Of a stretch of DNA of 54,191 nt, positions 10,874 through 25,787 are shown one piece after another. The notes beneath the pieces were generated by a model. It saw nothing but the letters and a program-made list of their open reading frames with translations. It was not told the DNA's origin and made no database searches. This DNA comes from Cercozoa sp. M6MM (lineage: Eukaryota; Protista; Endomyxa: Ascetosporea): NCBI GenBank assembly GCA_040357565.1, contig JBDODJ010000077.1. One strand, 5' to 3'. Numbering within the stretch: the stretch's first letter is position 1; every line of letters starts with the position of its first letter. Made by a program: the position numbers and the translations under genes.

Positions 10874-13363
10874 ATGATCAACCAGGGCACCGGCAGTCAT
10901 GCTTTCGCTTGTTCTTGCGCGCCTTAAACATCTCTAATAAAATAGTGCCACTGAAGTGGCTAAACGCACAAACTATCGAGTCTAAGCATTTCACAGACTT
11001 GCTTTTTTCAATTCATCCTGGTCACGCGTTCTGGCTGGCGTATCCACGCGTGTGCGAATACCCTGTAGGGTCGCCCAACTTGCCCAATGAGTACGCTTTG
11101 TTTGGCGCCGGAAATGCTTGTTTCACATAAATGACTTTGTTGCGATTGTGTAGATCGCGAGGGTGCTGTGCCGTTGTGTTTCGTTCCGAACGCCGGCGAC
11201 AATGCCACGTTGGTGAGCTTCGGCACCGGCGGCTCAATGGAGGTGCTGCACGCGGCCGCCTCGTCACCGACAGAAGCTGCCGTACCTTGTTTTTATAATT
11301 GTACTTTGGGTGCGCCAGTCACACAAGCGTGCGTGCACAGGCCGCGCTGACAGACGTGGACACAGAGATTATTCGCCGACTGGCACGAGTGTTCGTGCGT
11401 TTGCACCGCGACCTTTGCAATGAAGGTACCTTTTTGCACATGCCCTGTGCTGATACTACGCTTGTGTTTTCTTGATGCAGAAGTACACAGCGGCAATGTC
11501 TGTGAGCACGTGTACGAAGCGTCGGTAGGAACCACTTTCTAACCACTTGGTGCTTGTGCTGTGTATGTCTCGTGTGCTGGCAGCTGCGCTTTCGAGGCGA
11601 ATTGCAGAACCAGGCGGGCATGTGCGATGCTGGAGAGCGGCGCCGACTTCAGGCAGCACATCTCGCTTGGCACCTTTTTGAGTGAGTCTACCACTTGAAT
11701 GTGCTTTCGTGGGCCGTGTGTGTGTTATGTGTGTGTTTTATGTGTATGTGTTGTGTGTGTGTTGTGTGTGTATGTGTTGTGTGTGTATGTGTGTGTTGGG
11801 TGTGTGTGTGTGTGTTACGTGTGTGTGTGTGTGTGTGTTATGTGTGTGTTATGTGTGTGTTATATGTGTGTATGTGTTGTGTGTGTATGTGTGTTGTGTG
11901 TGTGTTATGTGTGTGTGTGAGTGTGCGTGTATGTGTGTGTTGTTCAGAGTTTGCTTCCTGTACCCGAGGCACTGCATTGCAACTCAACTGACGCGTTGGT
12001 TTGCCGAGTACCTGACTCTGCAAGGCGAGGTACCCGTCGGTCTGTACATGTGTGTGTGTGTGTTGTGTGTGTCGATGTGGCACCTTGAATACTGGTATGC
12101 GCAGGACTTAGTGTCACCAATCGACACTTCGGACGACGACTCGTTCTGGCGACAGGTGTCGCGACGAGCGCTGTGCGGTGACGTTGCGTGTACACTCACC
12201 TGTCAGTATGTATGGATAGAGATGCGCGAATGACTCTGTGCTGTGCTATCAGCGAGTGCGAACGCTCTGCGTCAGTTCGCTCTGCACGTGCAGCATCAGA
12301 AGTACTTGTCTGCTCTGTCTCCCACTGTCTGTGTTGATAGTCTGTCTGACTGTTGTGTGTCCTGATGCAGCGAGCAGGTGTCGCAAGCGGCGCTCTCGGT
12401 GGCCGAACTGCTGCTGTCGTCACCGCTGCTGCTGCGACAGCGCCTACAGGAACAAGAGCAGCAAGGCGACAGTGATACTTGTAGGCAACCCCTTGCGCAT
12501 GCTCGCTGTGTTCAATCCTTCCCCACCTGTGTGTTGCCGGTAGTGACCACACAGCAGTTGCGTGCCGAGTCCGAGTCGTGGACAATGTATCCCCTGTTAG
12601 TGTGTCTATCTGGGTATTATATATAGCAATATAACCAATATAGTGTGGTGCGACGCCTGCTGCGCCACCCGGGTGTGACACAGTGCGCGCCGCTGCGCCG
12701 CGTGCTCGACATGATGGGCGGCAACGGCACAGCCATGGCAGTATGTGCTCGCTCTTGTTCCCTGTATGTTTGTGTGTTGTGTGTGCACACGAACCTACTC
12801 CACAGGGAGACGACTGGCTCACGCGCGTGATGGCATACGTGGTCTTTACCGTGCCGTACGCCTCGCGTGCGGAGGTTCGCGACGCCGTGCGCCTGCACGC
12901 GACGGAGCGAGCGACGGTGCAGCTGTGGCGCACGCTGTTGGACGGCGACATTGGCGCCGCCATCGTTGCCATCAATGTCGTACGTGTGTGATAGGTCTTC
13001 CTCTGTGTTCCCACTTGTGCATCCTGTGTTCTTCAGGCGCTGCCGTGGCTTGGCGCCTTTCTGGTCGACCTTGCTGTACGTCCTATTCCTGGATATCCCG
13101 GGTGTGAGTGTGGTTTGTTTTTTGTTGGTGCAGGCACTCACGGCCAGGGTGAACAACGGCGAGAGTGTGCGTGCCGACTCGCTCGCGTCCTTCGCCATGC
13201 ACGTACTCGCACTGTGCTCTGCCTCGTGCCCGTTTGGTTTCTATGTACTGTCGGGTACTGTCGGTGTGCGCAGTCGCTGTTGCCGCACGCTGGGTTGCGA
13301 CCACTGGTGGCCGAGTTCGCTCTCACGTTGCCGCGAGAAGGGTGCCCTTGTCTCTGCTACCTG

Positions 13364-13418
<55 letters not shown>

Positions 13419-14306
13419 GTCCATTCTGACAACGTTGCCTCTGCACAGTCCGCTGCTGCTGGCCGGTGCACTGGAACTCGACATGTGCCTGCCCAGTCTG
13501 CCGGAGGAACTGCCGTGGCACCTGCGTCGTCAGACCGAGGTAGCGAAGGCTCCTATCTGCATATGAATACATCTATTTATATCTATATATCTCTATCTAT
13601 ATCTATATATCAACATCTATTTATGTGCGCAGTGGCTGGCACTGTGCGAGACACTGTCGGTGCCGTCGCTGCGGCAACTCGTGGCACGTGTGCATGCGCG
13701 CACGCTGCTGTGGCACTCCCGCGCAGTGGCGCACACCACGAACCTCGTGACCAAGGCGCTGGAGATTCTCGGCGACGACACTGTCGGCAGGCAACGCCTC
13801 GAGTACAGTCTGCTGTGTCAGGCCACCTCGTGCACCGACGCCAACGACCGGACAATAGCCGACCTGGCCGCTCTGCAGGAGGACGCCAAGTCACCGGTGC
13901 TGTCGCTTGCACATCTGCTCGCGCGCATGCACACGCAGCGAAGCGCCGCCAACGCTGCCGCCGCCGCTGCTGCCATCGCTGCCGCGCGACTGCCGAACGA
14001 CACGGCCGCGCGTGTTGCGCGCACGATCCTGCAGACGCTTCGCTGCCTGTACTATCCCGTACCCTCTCTACCCATATGCCTGACCACTTCAGTGTGTCTT
14101 ACAGCGGCGATCCGAGCGTCGGCTTCGCAGCACTCACGGCGCTTTCGGCCGCTCTGGACGACTCGCTGCTGCAAGATGATGGCGATCGCGACGGCCTCGA
14201 CTGGCTGCTCACGCTGTGTCTCAGCAAGCAACCTACCACCGGTGCTGCAGAACTCATCGATAGCGACAGCGCCGCCGGCGCTCGGGAGCAGCAGACCGTC
14301 AGTTAA
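10874..14306 (+). CDS. NUP85: Nucleoporin Nup85-like alpha-solenoid protein, multi-exon
   Basis: Motif order matches Nup85: AHLAWHLFEVCFL, TRWF, DSFWRQVSRRALCGD, RRVLDMMGGN, DDWLTRVMAYVVFTVPY, TLLDGDIGAAI, PWLGAFLVDL, RADSLASFA, WLALCETL. Divergent and recognised by pattern only. Confidence 0.55.
11717..11941 (+). repeat. Degenerate (GT)n/(GTAT)n microsatellite filling an intron
   Basis: About 225 nt made almost entirely of G and T. Confidence 0.95.
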
Positions 14307-14613
14307 TTTAAAGCAGCGGTCGTGCGAGCGTCATTCAGTCATTTCGATTCGAGTTGCGGGCACAGAATAAAAGAAACGCCCTTGGCCCGAGCAGCCATAA
14401 ATTTGATACTGTTTTAAGAGAGTAATTCAGCGCCAGAGAAGTTCGTCGTGGTTGTGTTTTACTCTAAAAAAAGTGTAGCCACCTCTGAGCATTCTTTCCA
14501 CAAAATCGCTAAGCCAACGCTGCGTAGACTCACTAAGCTGCTCTAGCGCGTGAGCGACTTGACTTTACCTGACTCGCAGGCCTAGAGCACCGTGAAGGTG
14601 CGTGGGGCGCGTG

Positions 14614-17600
14614 ATGATGGCCAATGTCGATGTCCGCGCGGAAGTGTGCGATGAAATAATGCGCGCCGAGCGGTGGTTTGCGCCGCGTGCGGCAAGCTCA
14701 TTGCAGGAGCGACTGCATGCGTTGTTTCGCGCCGGCGTCGAAGCAGCTGCCGGTGCGGAGGCGAGCAAGCACGAGGACGCAGTGCTGGCGCTGGCGTGGC
14801 TGCTGCGCGAGGCGCCAGTGCTGACCGACGAGGCGCTCGATCACGTCGGTGCTTGGCGCCGCGCGGATGCGCTGGCCCGTGTCACCACGCTGGCTACTGA
14901 GCAACCGATCCGCGCGGAGGCACTGTGTGTGGCTGCCGACTGGCTACTGACGCTGTCGCCTCGTTTCGCCAGTGGCTGTACCTCTGTCTTCTGCTGTGTT
15001 GAGGGGGGGGGGGGTCAGTGTGACCCTGTGCTTGTTCTTGTGTACAGGCGAACTCATCAACACGAGAGCGCTGTTCGCGGCCGCTGCGTCGGAGGAGACA
15101 CGAGTGCGCGTGCGTGCGGCGAGTGCACTGGCGCGCGCTCTGCGTCTGTCGGCGCAGAGACGGCGCCAGCTGCTGCAGGCGGCGTCGCGAGGTCTGTCCG
15201 AGACGCAGCTGCAGGCCATCGTGAGCGACAGCGACAGCAACGAAATCAAGACTGTCTCACTGCAGGAGGCAGGCACAAGCACTACCACAGACACAGACAC
15301 AGACACAGACAGAGACACATGCAGAGACACATGCAGAGACACAGGTGCAGACACAGACGAGGAGCAGGACACGAGTGTGCTGCTGCGAGACGGCTGCGTT
15401 GTGGTGGCCGGCGTGCCGCTGCCGCTCGCCCATGCTGCCGACACCGCCGATAGAAACACCGAGGATGCCTTGGTCCCGGTGCCGTCGACGCTGCGCAACC
15501 TGCGTGCTCTGGCACTGGCCGTGTCGCACTCCAGTTCGCCTGTCCTTCTCGAAGGTACCTCATCTGACACTTTGTGATTTGTGCACATGCTTTGTCTGAC
15601 TTGTGCATGTGCTTTGAATGTGCTTGTTGTGTAGGCGTGTCCGGTAGCGGCAAGTCGACGCTGCTGCGACACCTGGCCACGTGCACAGGCAGACTACAGG
15701 ACCTCGTGGTCGTTCACTTGGACGACCAGGTCGACAGCAAGACTCTGCTGGGACAGCATCTGTGCACGGACACTCCCGGCGAGTTCAAATGGACCCCGGG
15801 TGCGCTGACTCGTGCCGTCCAAGAAGGTTCGTCATTGATTTGTTTCTATCCAACTTGTTGCATACGCATGTTGGCACATGTGTGTCCATGTGTGTGTGTA
15901 TGTGTGTGTATATGTGTGTATGTGTGTGCAGGCAAGTGGGTACTCGTGGAGGACATCTGCACGGCGGCAGACGACGTCAAGACAGCGCTCAAGCCGCTGT
16001 TGGAGAGGAACGAACTTTTCCTGCACGACAGGCAACTCACCGTGCCTGCTGCTCCTGGCTTCCGACTCTTGGCCACGCGCACGACACTGTACTCCTGTTC
16101 TTTGACTCTGCCTGGTGGTGTTTCTGTGTGCGTTGAGTTGAACTATGTGAGTGTTGGCAGAACGTCTAACTTTGACGACAACCTGTCGCCACTGGACGCT
16201 GCGCTCTTGCAGCAGATGGCGCGTGTTCGGTACTTAACCCCCGCCCTTGCCCCACTGGGTGCGAGCCGCTTTCAACCTGTGTGGTTTCCTTTGGCAGATG
16301 CGAGCCGCTGCAGCAAGAGGAGTTGCAGCGTGTGCTGGAGCGAAAGTTTCCGCGCACGAGTGCTCTGTGCGTGCAGTCGTTACTGGACAGCTGGGCACTG
16401 CTATGCGACTCGATCCTCGAACTTGACATTGGGGTATCCATGGTGTCCTCTGTGTCTGTGTCTGTAAGGTAGACTAATTCGTGTGGTGTCACAGAGTGTG
16501 CCAGTACGAACGGCACTAGGCTCGCGGAGAGTGTCGCTACGCGACCTGTTTAAGGCTACGGCACGCATCGAGCGCTTCCTGCAGGCACCGAGTCGCCGCG
16601 GGGCGAGTCTCATGACGACTGCCATGCGCGAGAGGGCACTCGCCGAGCTGCTGGACTGCTGCGTGGTGACTGCGCCGCGACTGGAGGTGCGTCTCGCGCT
16701 GCTGCGCCAGCTGGCGCGCATCTGGACGGTCGACACAGCCGTCGTGGAGGCCAAGGAGACACGTGAGGCACCGACACTCCAGCTGCACACAGACAGAGGT
16801 AGTGTTGCCGTGACGCAAGTTGGCCGGGCACAGCTGCCGCACCTATCGAACACGAAGACACACCAGGACACGTTCGCTCTGACGGGACACGCGCTGCGTC
16901 TCATGCAGCGCGTGGCCTGCTCGCTGCTGTATCGCGAGCCTCTGCTCCTGGTGGGCGAGAGTGGCTGCGGCAAGACATCTGTCGTTCAGCACATCGCCGC
17001 TCGCACCGGCCGCACTCTGCTGGTACACTGCATCCCACCTACCTACCGCACCCACCCATGCACACACGCACACATTTACCCTTGGCACTGTGTCTGGTAG
17101 GTGCACAATCTGAACCAACAAAGCGATGCCTCGGAACTGATCGGCACGTTCCGACCGATGGATCTGCGCTCGCAGGCGACTCCGCTGCTCCGGTCCTTCC
17201 AGGTACTGGGAGGCTTTGAGTGTTCCGTGCGTATGTATATGTGTATGTGTCATGCACTTATGTGTTGTTGTTTAACTGTATTGTTGTTTGGATGGTTTAG
17301 GCCCTGTTTCCGAGAACAGTGTCGGCGCAAGAGAATGCGCGCTTCCTGTCGGCGGTGCAGGGCGCCTACAGCAACAGCGACTGGCGACGCATGTGCCGCG
17401 CCATGGGCCGCATGCGCGGTCTGGTCGAGCAGAAGCAAAAGGACATGGAGGCGCGTCTGCGCGCCAACTGGGAACGTTTCTTCTCGGTGCTGGAGGCTTT
17501 CTCGCGTAAGGTACGGACACGGGAGCTTTTACTTGACCCTACCCTGGTCCATACCCATTTACCCCCTTCCTGCAGTCACGCCGAGTGGCCAGTAGTGGCG

Positions 17601-20600
17601 GTGCCTTTGCCTTCGAGTTCGTGGACGGCGTGCTGACACGTGCGCTCAAGGAGGGACACTGGCTGCTCCTGGACGAGGTCAATCTGGCCTCGGCCGAGAC
17701 ACTGCAGCGACTGGCCTCGGTACTGGACGCCTGCAGCGGCGGCAAACTGCTGCTGCTGGAGAAGGGCGACAACGAGGACATCCAAGTGCACCCGGACTTC
17801 CGACTGCTGGCGTGCATGAACCCGCCCACCGATCACGGCAAGCGTGACCTGCCGGCCGCACTGCGCTGCCGCTTCACCGAGATCTTTGTGCACGAGCCTT
17901 CTGACCGCGCCGACCTGTGCATGGTAGCTTCTTCCTCTCCCTTTTGCCTATGCCTATACCTATGTGCCGATGCCTATGCGTATGCCAATGTACCGATACC
18001 TGTGCCCTGTGTCCAGGTGATCAATCGCGTGCTGGGCGAGGACCTGCGCTCGCGTCTCCCGGTGGACGCCATCGCCGAGACCTTCGAGACGCTCAAGGCC
18101 AAGGCTGCCAGCGGCGAGATCGGTTCCTCCTGCCTTTTCTCAAAGAAACTACAGGCGAGTGAGCACTTGCGTGTGTGTCTGTGTGTCTGTGTGTCTGTGT
18201 GTGTCTGTGTGTCTGTGTGTGTCTGTGTGTCTGTGTGATGTTTTGTGCGTCTATGTGCTTGTATCTATGTGCTTATGTGTCTATATGTGTGTCTGCAGTC
18301 GATGGTGATGGCAAGAAGCCACATTTTTCGCTGCGTTCGCTAACGCGATCACTGCGCTTCTGCTCCTCGCAGGTATTGCGTATATTATATATCTATATAT
18401 ATATATATATATCTAGGTATATCTATATGTATGTATATCTGTATATATTTATAGATATCCGACTGTGTATGTGATGTGATGTGCTGTGCTGTGGTACCTT
18501 CCCTACAGGCACACATCTACGGCAGCTGGCGTGCCTTGTACGAAGGCATTGTGCTCACGTTCACCACTTGTCTCGACGACAAGAGTCGCGTCGTTGCCGA
18601 TGCTGTGGTATCCAACTCTATCCCTCCCCTACCCTACCCTACCCTACCCTACCCTACCCTACCCTACCCTACCCTACCCTACCCTTACCCTACCTATAGC
18701 TACCCCTGCCCTAACCCCCTACCTACCTTCCATAATTCTGTTGAATGTGCTTGCAGGTCCGAGGCACGATCTTTGGCGGCAAGAACGAGCAGCATCTGCG
18801 GCGACTCAAGGGCGTGCGCAGCAAGTTCGACGGCCGGCAGGACATGGTGCTAGTGGACCGCTTCTTCCTGCCGCGCGGCGAGCTCGAGCCGCAGCAGCAC
18901 GACACCAAGTTCGTGGTGACGCCCACGGTGCGCCTGCGTCTGTCGGCCGTGGCACGTGCCGTGGCCAGCGGACTGCCGGTGCTGCTGCAAGGCCCGACGT
19001 CTGCCGGCAAGACCTCGTTGGTTGAGCACCTGGCGCGCCGCTGCGGACACGTGTGCGTACGCATCAACAATCACGAGCACACGGACATCCAGGAGTACCT
19101 AGGCGCCTACGTCAGCGGGCCCGACGGCCGCCTGCAGTTCCAAGAGGGCCCGCTGGTCCAGGCCGTGCGCCACGGTCACTGGGTCATCCTGGACGAGCTG
19201 AACCTGGCGCCCAGCGACGTACTTGAGGCACTCAATCGTCTGCTGGACGACAACCGCGAGTTGCGCATCGAGGAGACGCGCTCCACCATCAAGGCGCACG
19301 CCAAGTTTCGCTTGTTCGCCACGCAGAACCCTCCCGGCCTGTACGGTGGTCGCAAGGTGCTCTCGCGCGCCTTCCGCAATCGTTTCGTTGAGGTACCCTA
19401 TGTTTATATGATATAGGTATGTGTATCTATATTTGTCTCTCAGTATATGGGGTATATATCTGTGCATGTGTATGTGGATGTGGGCAGCTGCATGTGGGCG
19501 ACGTTCCACGCAACGAATTGATCACGATCCTGGAGAAACGCTGCGGTGTCGCTCCGTCGCGTGCCAAGCTGATGTTAGACGTCATGGGTACAGTCTCTCT
19601 ATCTTGTGTCCATATGTGCATGTCTGTGTACATGTGTGTGTGCATGTGTATGTGTCTGTATATATATATATATATGTGTGTGTGTGTACATGTATCCACA
19701 CTGCTTGCACAGGCGATCTGCAGCGTGCCCGCCAGCACTCGCACGTGTTCGAAGGCAAGCGCGGCTTTGTGACGCCTCGCGACCTGTTTCGGTATGTTTC
19801 CTTGCAGAGTGTGTCTGCATATCTATTTACAGCTATACATATGTATATATATATATATATACGTGTAAACAGATGGGCCAACCGTGTCGGGCGAGAGCAG
19901 TCGCTGGAGAAGATCGCGCTGGAGGGCTTCATGCTGCTGGGCGAGCGTTGCCGCGCGCAAGACGAGCGCGACTTTGTGGCCAGCGTGCTGGGCGAGCACT
20001 GCAAGGTCGACGTACTGGCCCTGGTGGGTCGCTTCTACGCGCAGGTCGAGTGGCCCGACGTGGCGCAGTACGAGGAGGCGCTGGCGCAGCAGGGCCTGCG
20101 ACACGTGACGGCCACGGCGGCCGCGCGGCGCCTGTACGCGCTGGTGAGTCGGTGCGCGGCGCACCAGGAGCCGGCCCTCATCGTGGGCGGCACGGGCTGC
20201 GGCAAGACGACGGTTTGTCAGCTGCTGGCCATGGTGGCCGGCCGCCGCCTGCGCATCGTGAACTGCCACCAAAACACAGAGACGGCGGACTTCCTGGGCG
20301 CGCTGCATCCCGTGCGCGGCAAGCCGACGCTGCGCGGCCGGTTGCGGCAGGCGCTGCGACGACTGGTGCAACTGCTCAGTCTGCGCGGTGAGGTGCCGCA
20401 GCACACGCTGGACGAGCTGCGTCCTGCCACGACCGACAGCAGTTTGGACAGCAGTAGTCCGGACAGTCAGGACCAGGACGTGCCACTGGACCGACACATG
20501 GTCGTGTTCGACAAGGTGGTGGCACAGCTGCGTGCGTCGGAGCCAGTGGACGCCGAGTGTGCCGACCTGCTGCACTCGATTGAGAGCGACTGGCGGCGAC

Positions 20601-23600
20601 ACCAGTCGCTATTCGAATGGCGTGACGGAGCACTCGTGCAGTCGATGAAGGAGGGCGACTGGTTCCTCGCCGACGAGATCTCGCTGGCCGACGACGCCGT
20701 TATCGAGCGACTCAACTCGGTGCTCGAGCCGAGTCGCACGCTCTTCCTTGCAGAGAAGGGCGGCGCCGGCGACGACGAGTGCGTCCGCGCGCACGAGCAG
20801 TGGCGCATCGTGGCCACCATGAACCCGGTATATTTATATTTCTATTTATTTATATCTATTTATCTAAATTTATATAAATATATTTATATTTATACATGTC
20901 TGTTTATATCTTTATATTTTATTTATATACTTGTCCATATGCGTTTGTGGCAGGGCGGCGACTTTGGCAAGAAGGAGCTCTCGCCGGCACTGCGCAACCG
21001 CTTCACGGAGATCTGGGTGGACGCGGCGCAGGCGCCGGACGACGTGCTGCGCATCGTGTCGACGCGCGTGAATTCGGACGTGGCAACGCGTGTGATTGCC
21101 TTTGTCGACTGGTTCAACTCTGCGCATGGTGAGTGCTCCTTCAGTGTATTCGTGTGTGTGTGCAAGTGTGCAAGTGTGCAAGTGTGCAAGTGTGCAAGTG
21201 TGCAAGTGTGTGCAAGTGTGTTTGTGTTGTATGTGTGGTATGTGTGCAACACAGGTGCGGCCACGCAGCGTCACCTGTCGCTGCGCGATGTGCTGGCGTG
21301 GGCTGACTTCATCGCTCGCACCAGCGGCCAAGAGCAGGGCGAACTCACGGCGCGCGAGGCCTTCCTGCACGGCGCTGGACTCATGGTGCTCGACGGCGTC
21401 GGCTGTGGCACTGGTATTCCCACTGTGCTTTGTTATACTAGGGGGTTATATGTTGTACCAGGGTATTGTTGTACTAGGGGAGTGTATGTTCTGATGTCAT
21501 GCATGTTCTGTCGCAGGTGCCTCTCGAGAGGCCGCCATGCTGGTGCGCGATGAGTGCCGAGCCAAGCTGCACGAGTTGTGGCCGTGCGACACGCCGGCCG
21601 AGGCACACGAGGACGTCGACGCGAAGGAGGTGAGCGACGACGCGACTCGCTTCGGCGTGGCGCCCTTCTTTGTGCGCAAGAGCGAGGGTGCGCGGGGATT
21701 GGCCGCCCTAAGTGGCACCAGGAACACCGAGGAGGGTGTTGCCAAGAAGGACGCTGCCAAGAAGGACACTGAGGACACGGACCAGCAGAAGCAGCCGTTC
21801 TCATTCGCGGCGCCCACGACGCGGTCAAACTTGGTGAAGCTACTGCGAGGCATGCAGCTGCCGCGCGCGCTGCTGCTCGAGGGCTCGCCCGGTGTCGGCA
21901 AGACTACCATTGTGCAGGTGCCGCTGTGCTCTATCACTCTGTCTATCTATCTTATCTGTCTGTCTATTATCTATTGACTCTCTGTCTGTTATCTGTTTAG
22001 TTGTCTCGCTGTATATTATCTATACATATCATCTGTACATATATATAATGTGTATCAAACATATATTTGTATATGTTCATCTTTATACCTGTCTATCTCT
22101 GTTTCTATCTGTATACATCTGTCATGCTCTGTATATCATTGGTATGTATACATGTATATATAGATAATTAAATGCATTAGATGTATGTTGTGTGTAACAG
22201 GCACTTGGTCGCTGCGTGGGTCGTCGGGTTGTGCGCATCAACCTGTCCGAGCAAACCGACATGGCCGACCTGCTGGGCACGGACCTGCCGACTCCCGACG
22301 GCAAGTTCGCCTGGAGTGACGGCGCCTTCCTGCAAGTATCATGCACTGCTACTCTACAATACGAGTGTAGTGTGCCCATGAGTGTGTCTGTTGCGACAGG
22401 CACTAAAGCAAGGCGACTGGGTGCTGCTGGATGAGTTGAATCTGGCCTCGCAGTCGGTGCTCGAGGGTCTCAATGCCGTGCTGGACCACCGCGCCGAGGT
22501 CTTCATTCCAGAGCTGCAGCGTACCTTCCAGTGCCCGGCCTCGTTCCGACTGTTCGCGTGCCAGAACCCGGTGGCGCAAGGCGGCGGCCGCAAGGGCCTG
22601 CCGGCCTCCTTCCTGAACCGATTCACCAAGATTTACCTGGACGACATGTGTCGCGCAGACCTGTCGTGCCTCATGACGCAGCTGGCACCCGACATTCCCG
22701 AGGCCGTGCGTGGCACGCTGGTGCGCGTCAACGACGCCGTCAACGACGCCGTTGTGCTGCGCAAGGAGGTTGCCGCCACCGCTCTGGACGGCGCGCCCTT
22801 CGAGTTCAACCTGCGCGATATGCTGCGCTGGAGCGTGCTGTTGCGCTCGCGACCCGTGTCCGCACGGACGCACCTACTAAAGAAGAGTGCCACTGTAGAC
22901 CTGCACGTGGACGATCTGCACGTGGATGACAGCGACGTTGCCGAGACCTTTGAGTTCCTGTACGCGCAGCGGATGCGCACGCCGGTGGCACGCAAGGCGG
23001 TGCGACAGCTGTTCCGCGAGGTGACGCAGCTGCCGCTGCTGCAAGCCATCCGGCAGGAGACGCCGTTGCACGTGCTGCCCGACACGGTGGTGATCGGCGA
23101 CGTCGTGCTGCCGCGAGGCGACGGACTGGCCGACCCTCTGGGCAGTGACGGCGGAAGTGAGGACCTGGTGGTGCCACGTGCCGCCCGACGCCGTGTGCTG
23201 TGCCACCTGGCACGCGCCGTCTCGCTGGCCTGGCCTGCCCTCCTCGTAGGCGATGCTGCATCAGGCAAGACTGCACTCGTGCGAACCCTGGCTCGACTGG
23301 TACGCCTTCCTTGGAGTACTCTGTGACTGTGTCTGTTGAGCGAGGAAGGAGAGAGGAGTATGTGTGCGTGTGTGCAGTGCCGCCGCTCTCTGCACGAGTT
23401 GTCGCTCAACGCCGGGATGGACGCCGGCGAGCTGCTCGGCTGCTTTGAGCAGGTCGACGTGGCCCGACACACGCGCCGTGCCCTGGAGCAGCTGGAGCGA
23501 CGCTGTCGCTGCGTCGTGACCTCCCTGCTGACGGTGTTCTTGCTCGCTGTCCTGTCTATCTGTCTACATCCATATACCCTACATTTACTCGTCTCTCTAT

Positions 23601-25363
23601 CTATCTATCTCTCCATCTATCTATCTATCTCTATCTATCTATCTCTCCATCTATCTATCTATCTATCTGTCTCTCTACTTCTGTTTAAAACTAAAGCTTC
23701 GTGGTGCAGGGCTCGTACGACACCAACAAAGTGCAGCGCGCCGGCGGTCTGAACGACTTGTGGAACGCACTAGCATCGCGTGCCTCGCACCTGCACTATG
23801 CGGCCGACAAGGAACTCGCCAGTAGCGCACTGGCACTGCTGCAGGAACTCAAGTTGACAGCCACGTCGCTTGGCGTCGAGTACGACCACGAGGACTCGTC
23901 GCTGCGCGAGCTTCTGGCGTCGCTGCCGGCCATGACGGAGCGCGGCACGATCGGACACTTTGAGTGGTGCGACGGCACGCTGCTTCGCGCCATCGAGGAG
24001 GGCCACTGGCTCCTCATGGACAATGTCAACTTCTGCCAGGTAATACACCCTTTGCTTCTAGGCCTTTGCTTCTAACTTTATATGGAGATCTTTACCTTTA
24101 AACTGTCACATTTGGCCCTTTACCTCCTTGTGTTGCTAGGCCTCGGTGCTGGACCGGTTGAACTCGCTGCTGGAGCCGAGTGGACTACTGACGGTGAACG
24201 AGTGCGGCCTGCAGGACGGCCAGCTGCGTGTGGTGCGGCCGCATGCGGACTTCCGACTGTTCCTGGCCATGGACGCGCGCTTCGGCGACGTGAGTCGCGC
24301 TATGCGCAACCGCTGCGTTGAGCTGGCGCTGCACACGCCGCACGAGTTGTCGCAGGCCGAGCAAGAGGACCTGGTGGACATGGTGTGCGCCAAGGGACTC
24401 CACGCCGACACGGCTGCCTTGCTGGTACAGGCACACATGAACCTGGTGTCGTTACTGCCGATCGACGGCGCTGTGCGTCGACTCATGCGCTGGGTGGCCC
24501 TGGTGCGTCGGGCACTCTCGTCGGTAGGTGACGCTGCCGCCCTGCCGGTGCGCCGTCACGTCGTGCTGGCCGCCGAGCAGTGCTACGATGCCGTTTTTGC
24601 GCGCGAGCAAGACCGGGCACGCGCCGTGCTCGAACAGGCACTCTCGTCGGCCGGAGGAGCGATGCGTCTGCAGAAGCGACTGGGCAGCTCGGCTCTCCGT
24701 GAGGACGACGTGCGCGCCGACACGACGCAGGCCGTGATGCAGCTCGAGTGTCAGCACGTGCGCGAGCTGGCTTTGCTGCTTGCCAGCACGCAGGTGCACG
24801 CCGACCGACTGACGCCTACGTCGGCCGAGCGGCGTGCCGCCACGCTGCTGTCGCAGACGGCGCCGCGACTGTCGAAGCTGCGTGACAGACGTGACGCCGT
24901 GCTGCAGGAGCACCTGCACGGGCACGCCGTGGAGGCGCTGTGTGGCACGTTGCTGCTGCATCCGCGTGCCGCCGTGCTGCAGGCGCTGCCTCGTGCCGCG
25001 CGCCAGGAGGTGACCTCGCTAAACGCGCACATGTCGGCGCTGCTGCCTCTGCAGCTGGTGCTGACTCAGGACGAGTTGCTGCTCGAGGAGACCTTTGCTG
25101 CACTCAAGCAGAAAGAGTCGACCACCCAGCAGACCAGCTCGGATGCCAGGTCGGAGCCCGAGGCGAGTGCGTGGCTGCTGTCGTGGCTGCACTTCACCGA
25201 GCGACGCTCGCTGCCCAAGTGCGCCAATCGCGGCCTGTGGAGCGTGCTGCATGCCGCCGTGTCTCGTGCCGATGAGCGCGCCGTGCAGCTCGCCGCCGAG
25301 GCTGCGCCGACTGCCACGTCCTTCGTCGCACGGTACACTGGCGCACGCGACGCCCTCGCCGCG

Positions 25364-25444
<81 letters not shown>

Positions 25445-25702
25445 GTAGATATAGGCATGCTATAGAGGTATGTGTGCAATGTGTTTGTATGTGTCAGTCA
25501 TTGCAAGTGCCGCCTGCCCGAGTGTCTCTCCACGGCGCTATGGAACGCCTGCGCCAGTTGGACGCTTTGGTCGATGTCGATGCACTGACTCAAGTGCGAC
25601 AGGTCCTCAGTGGCAGCGTCGACATTGATGGTGTGTGCATCTATGTTGTCTGTATCTTTGTATGTATGTATGTACGTATCTATATATATCCTTGTATGTA
25701 TG

Positions 25703-25733
<31 letters not shown>

Positions 25734-25750
25734 TTATGTATGTATGTATG

Positions 25751-25787
<37 letters not shown>

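Noticed and set aside
14523-14532. CGTAGACTCA shared with 1981-1990, both upstream of genes
   Set aside because: A single 10-mer match is expected by chance in 54 kb.
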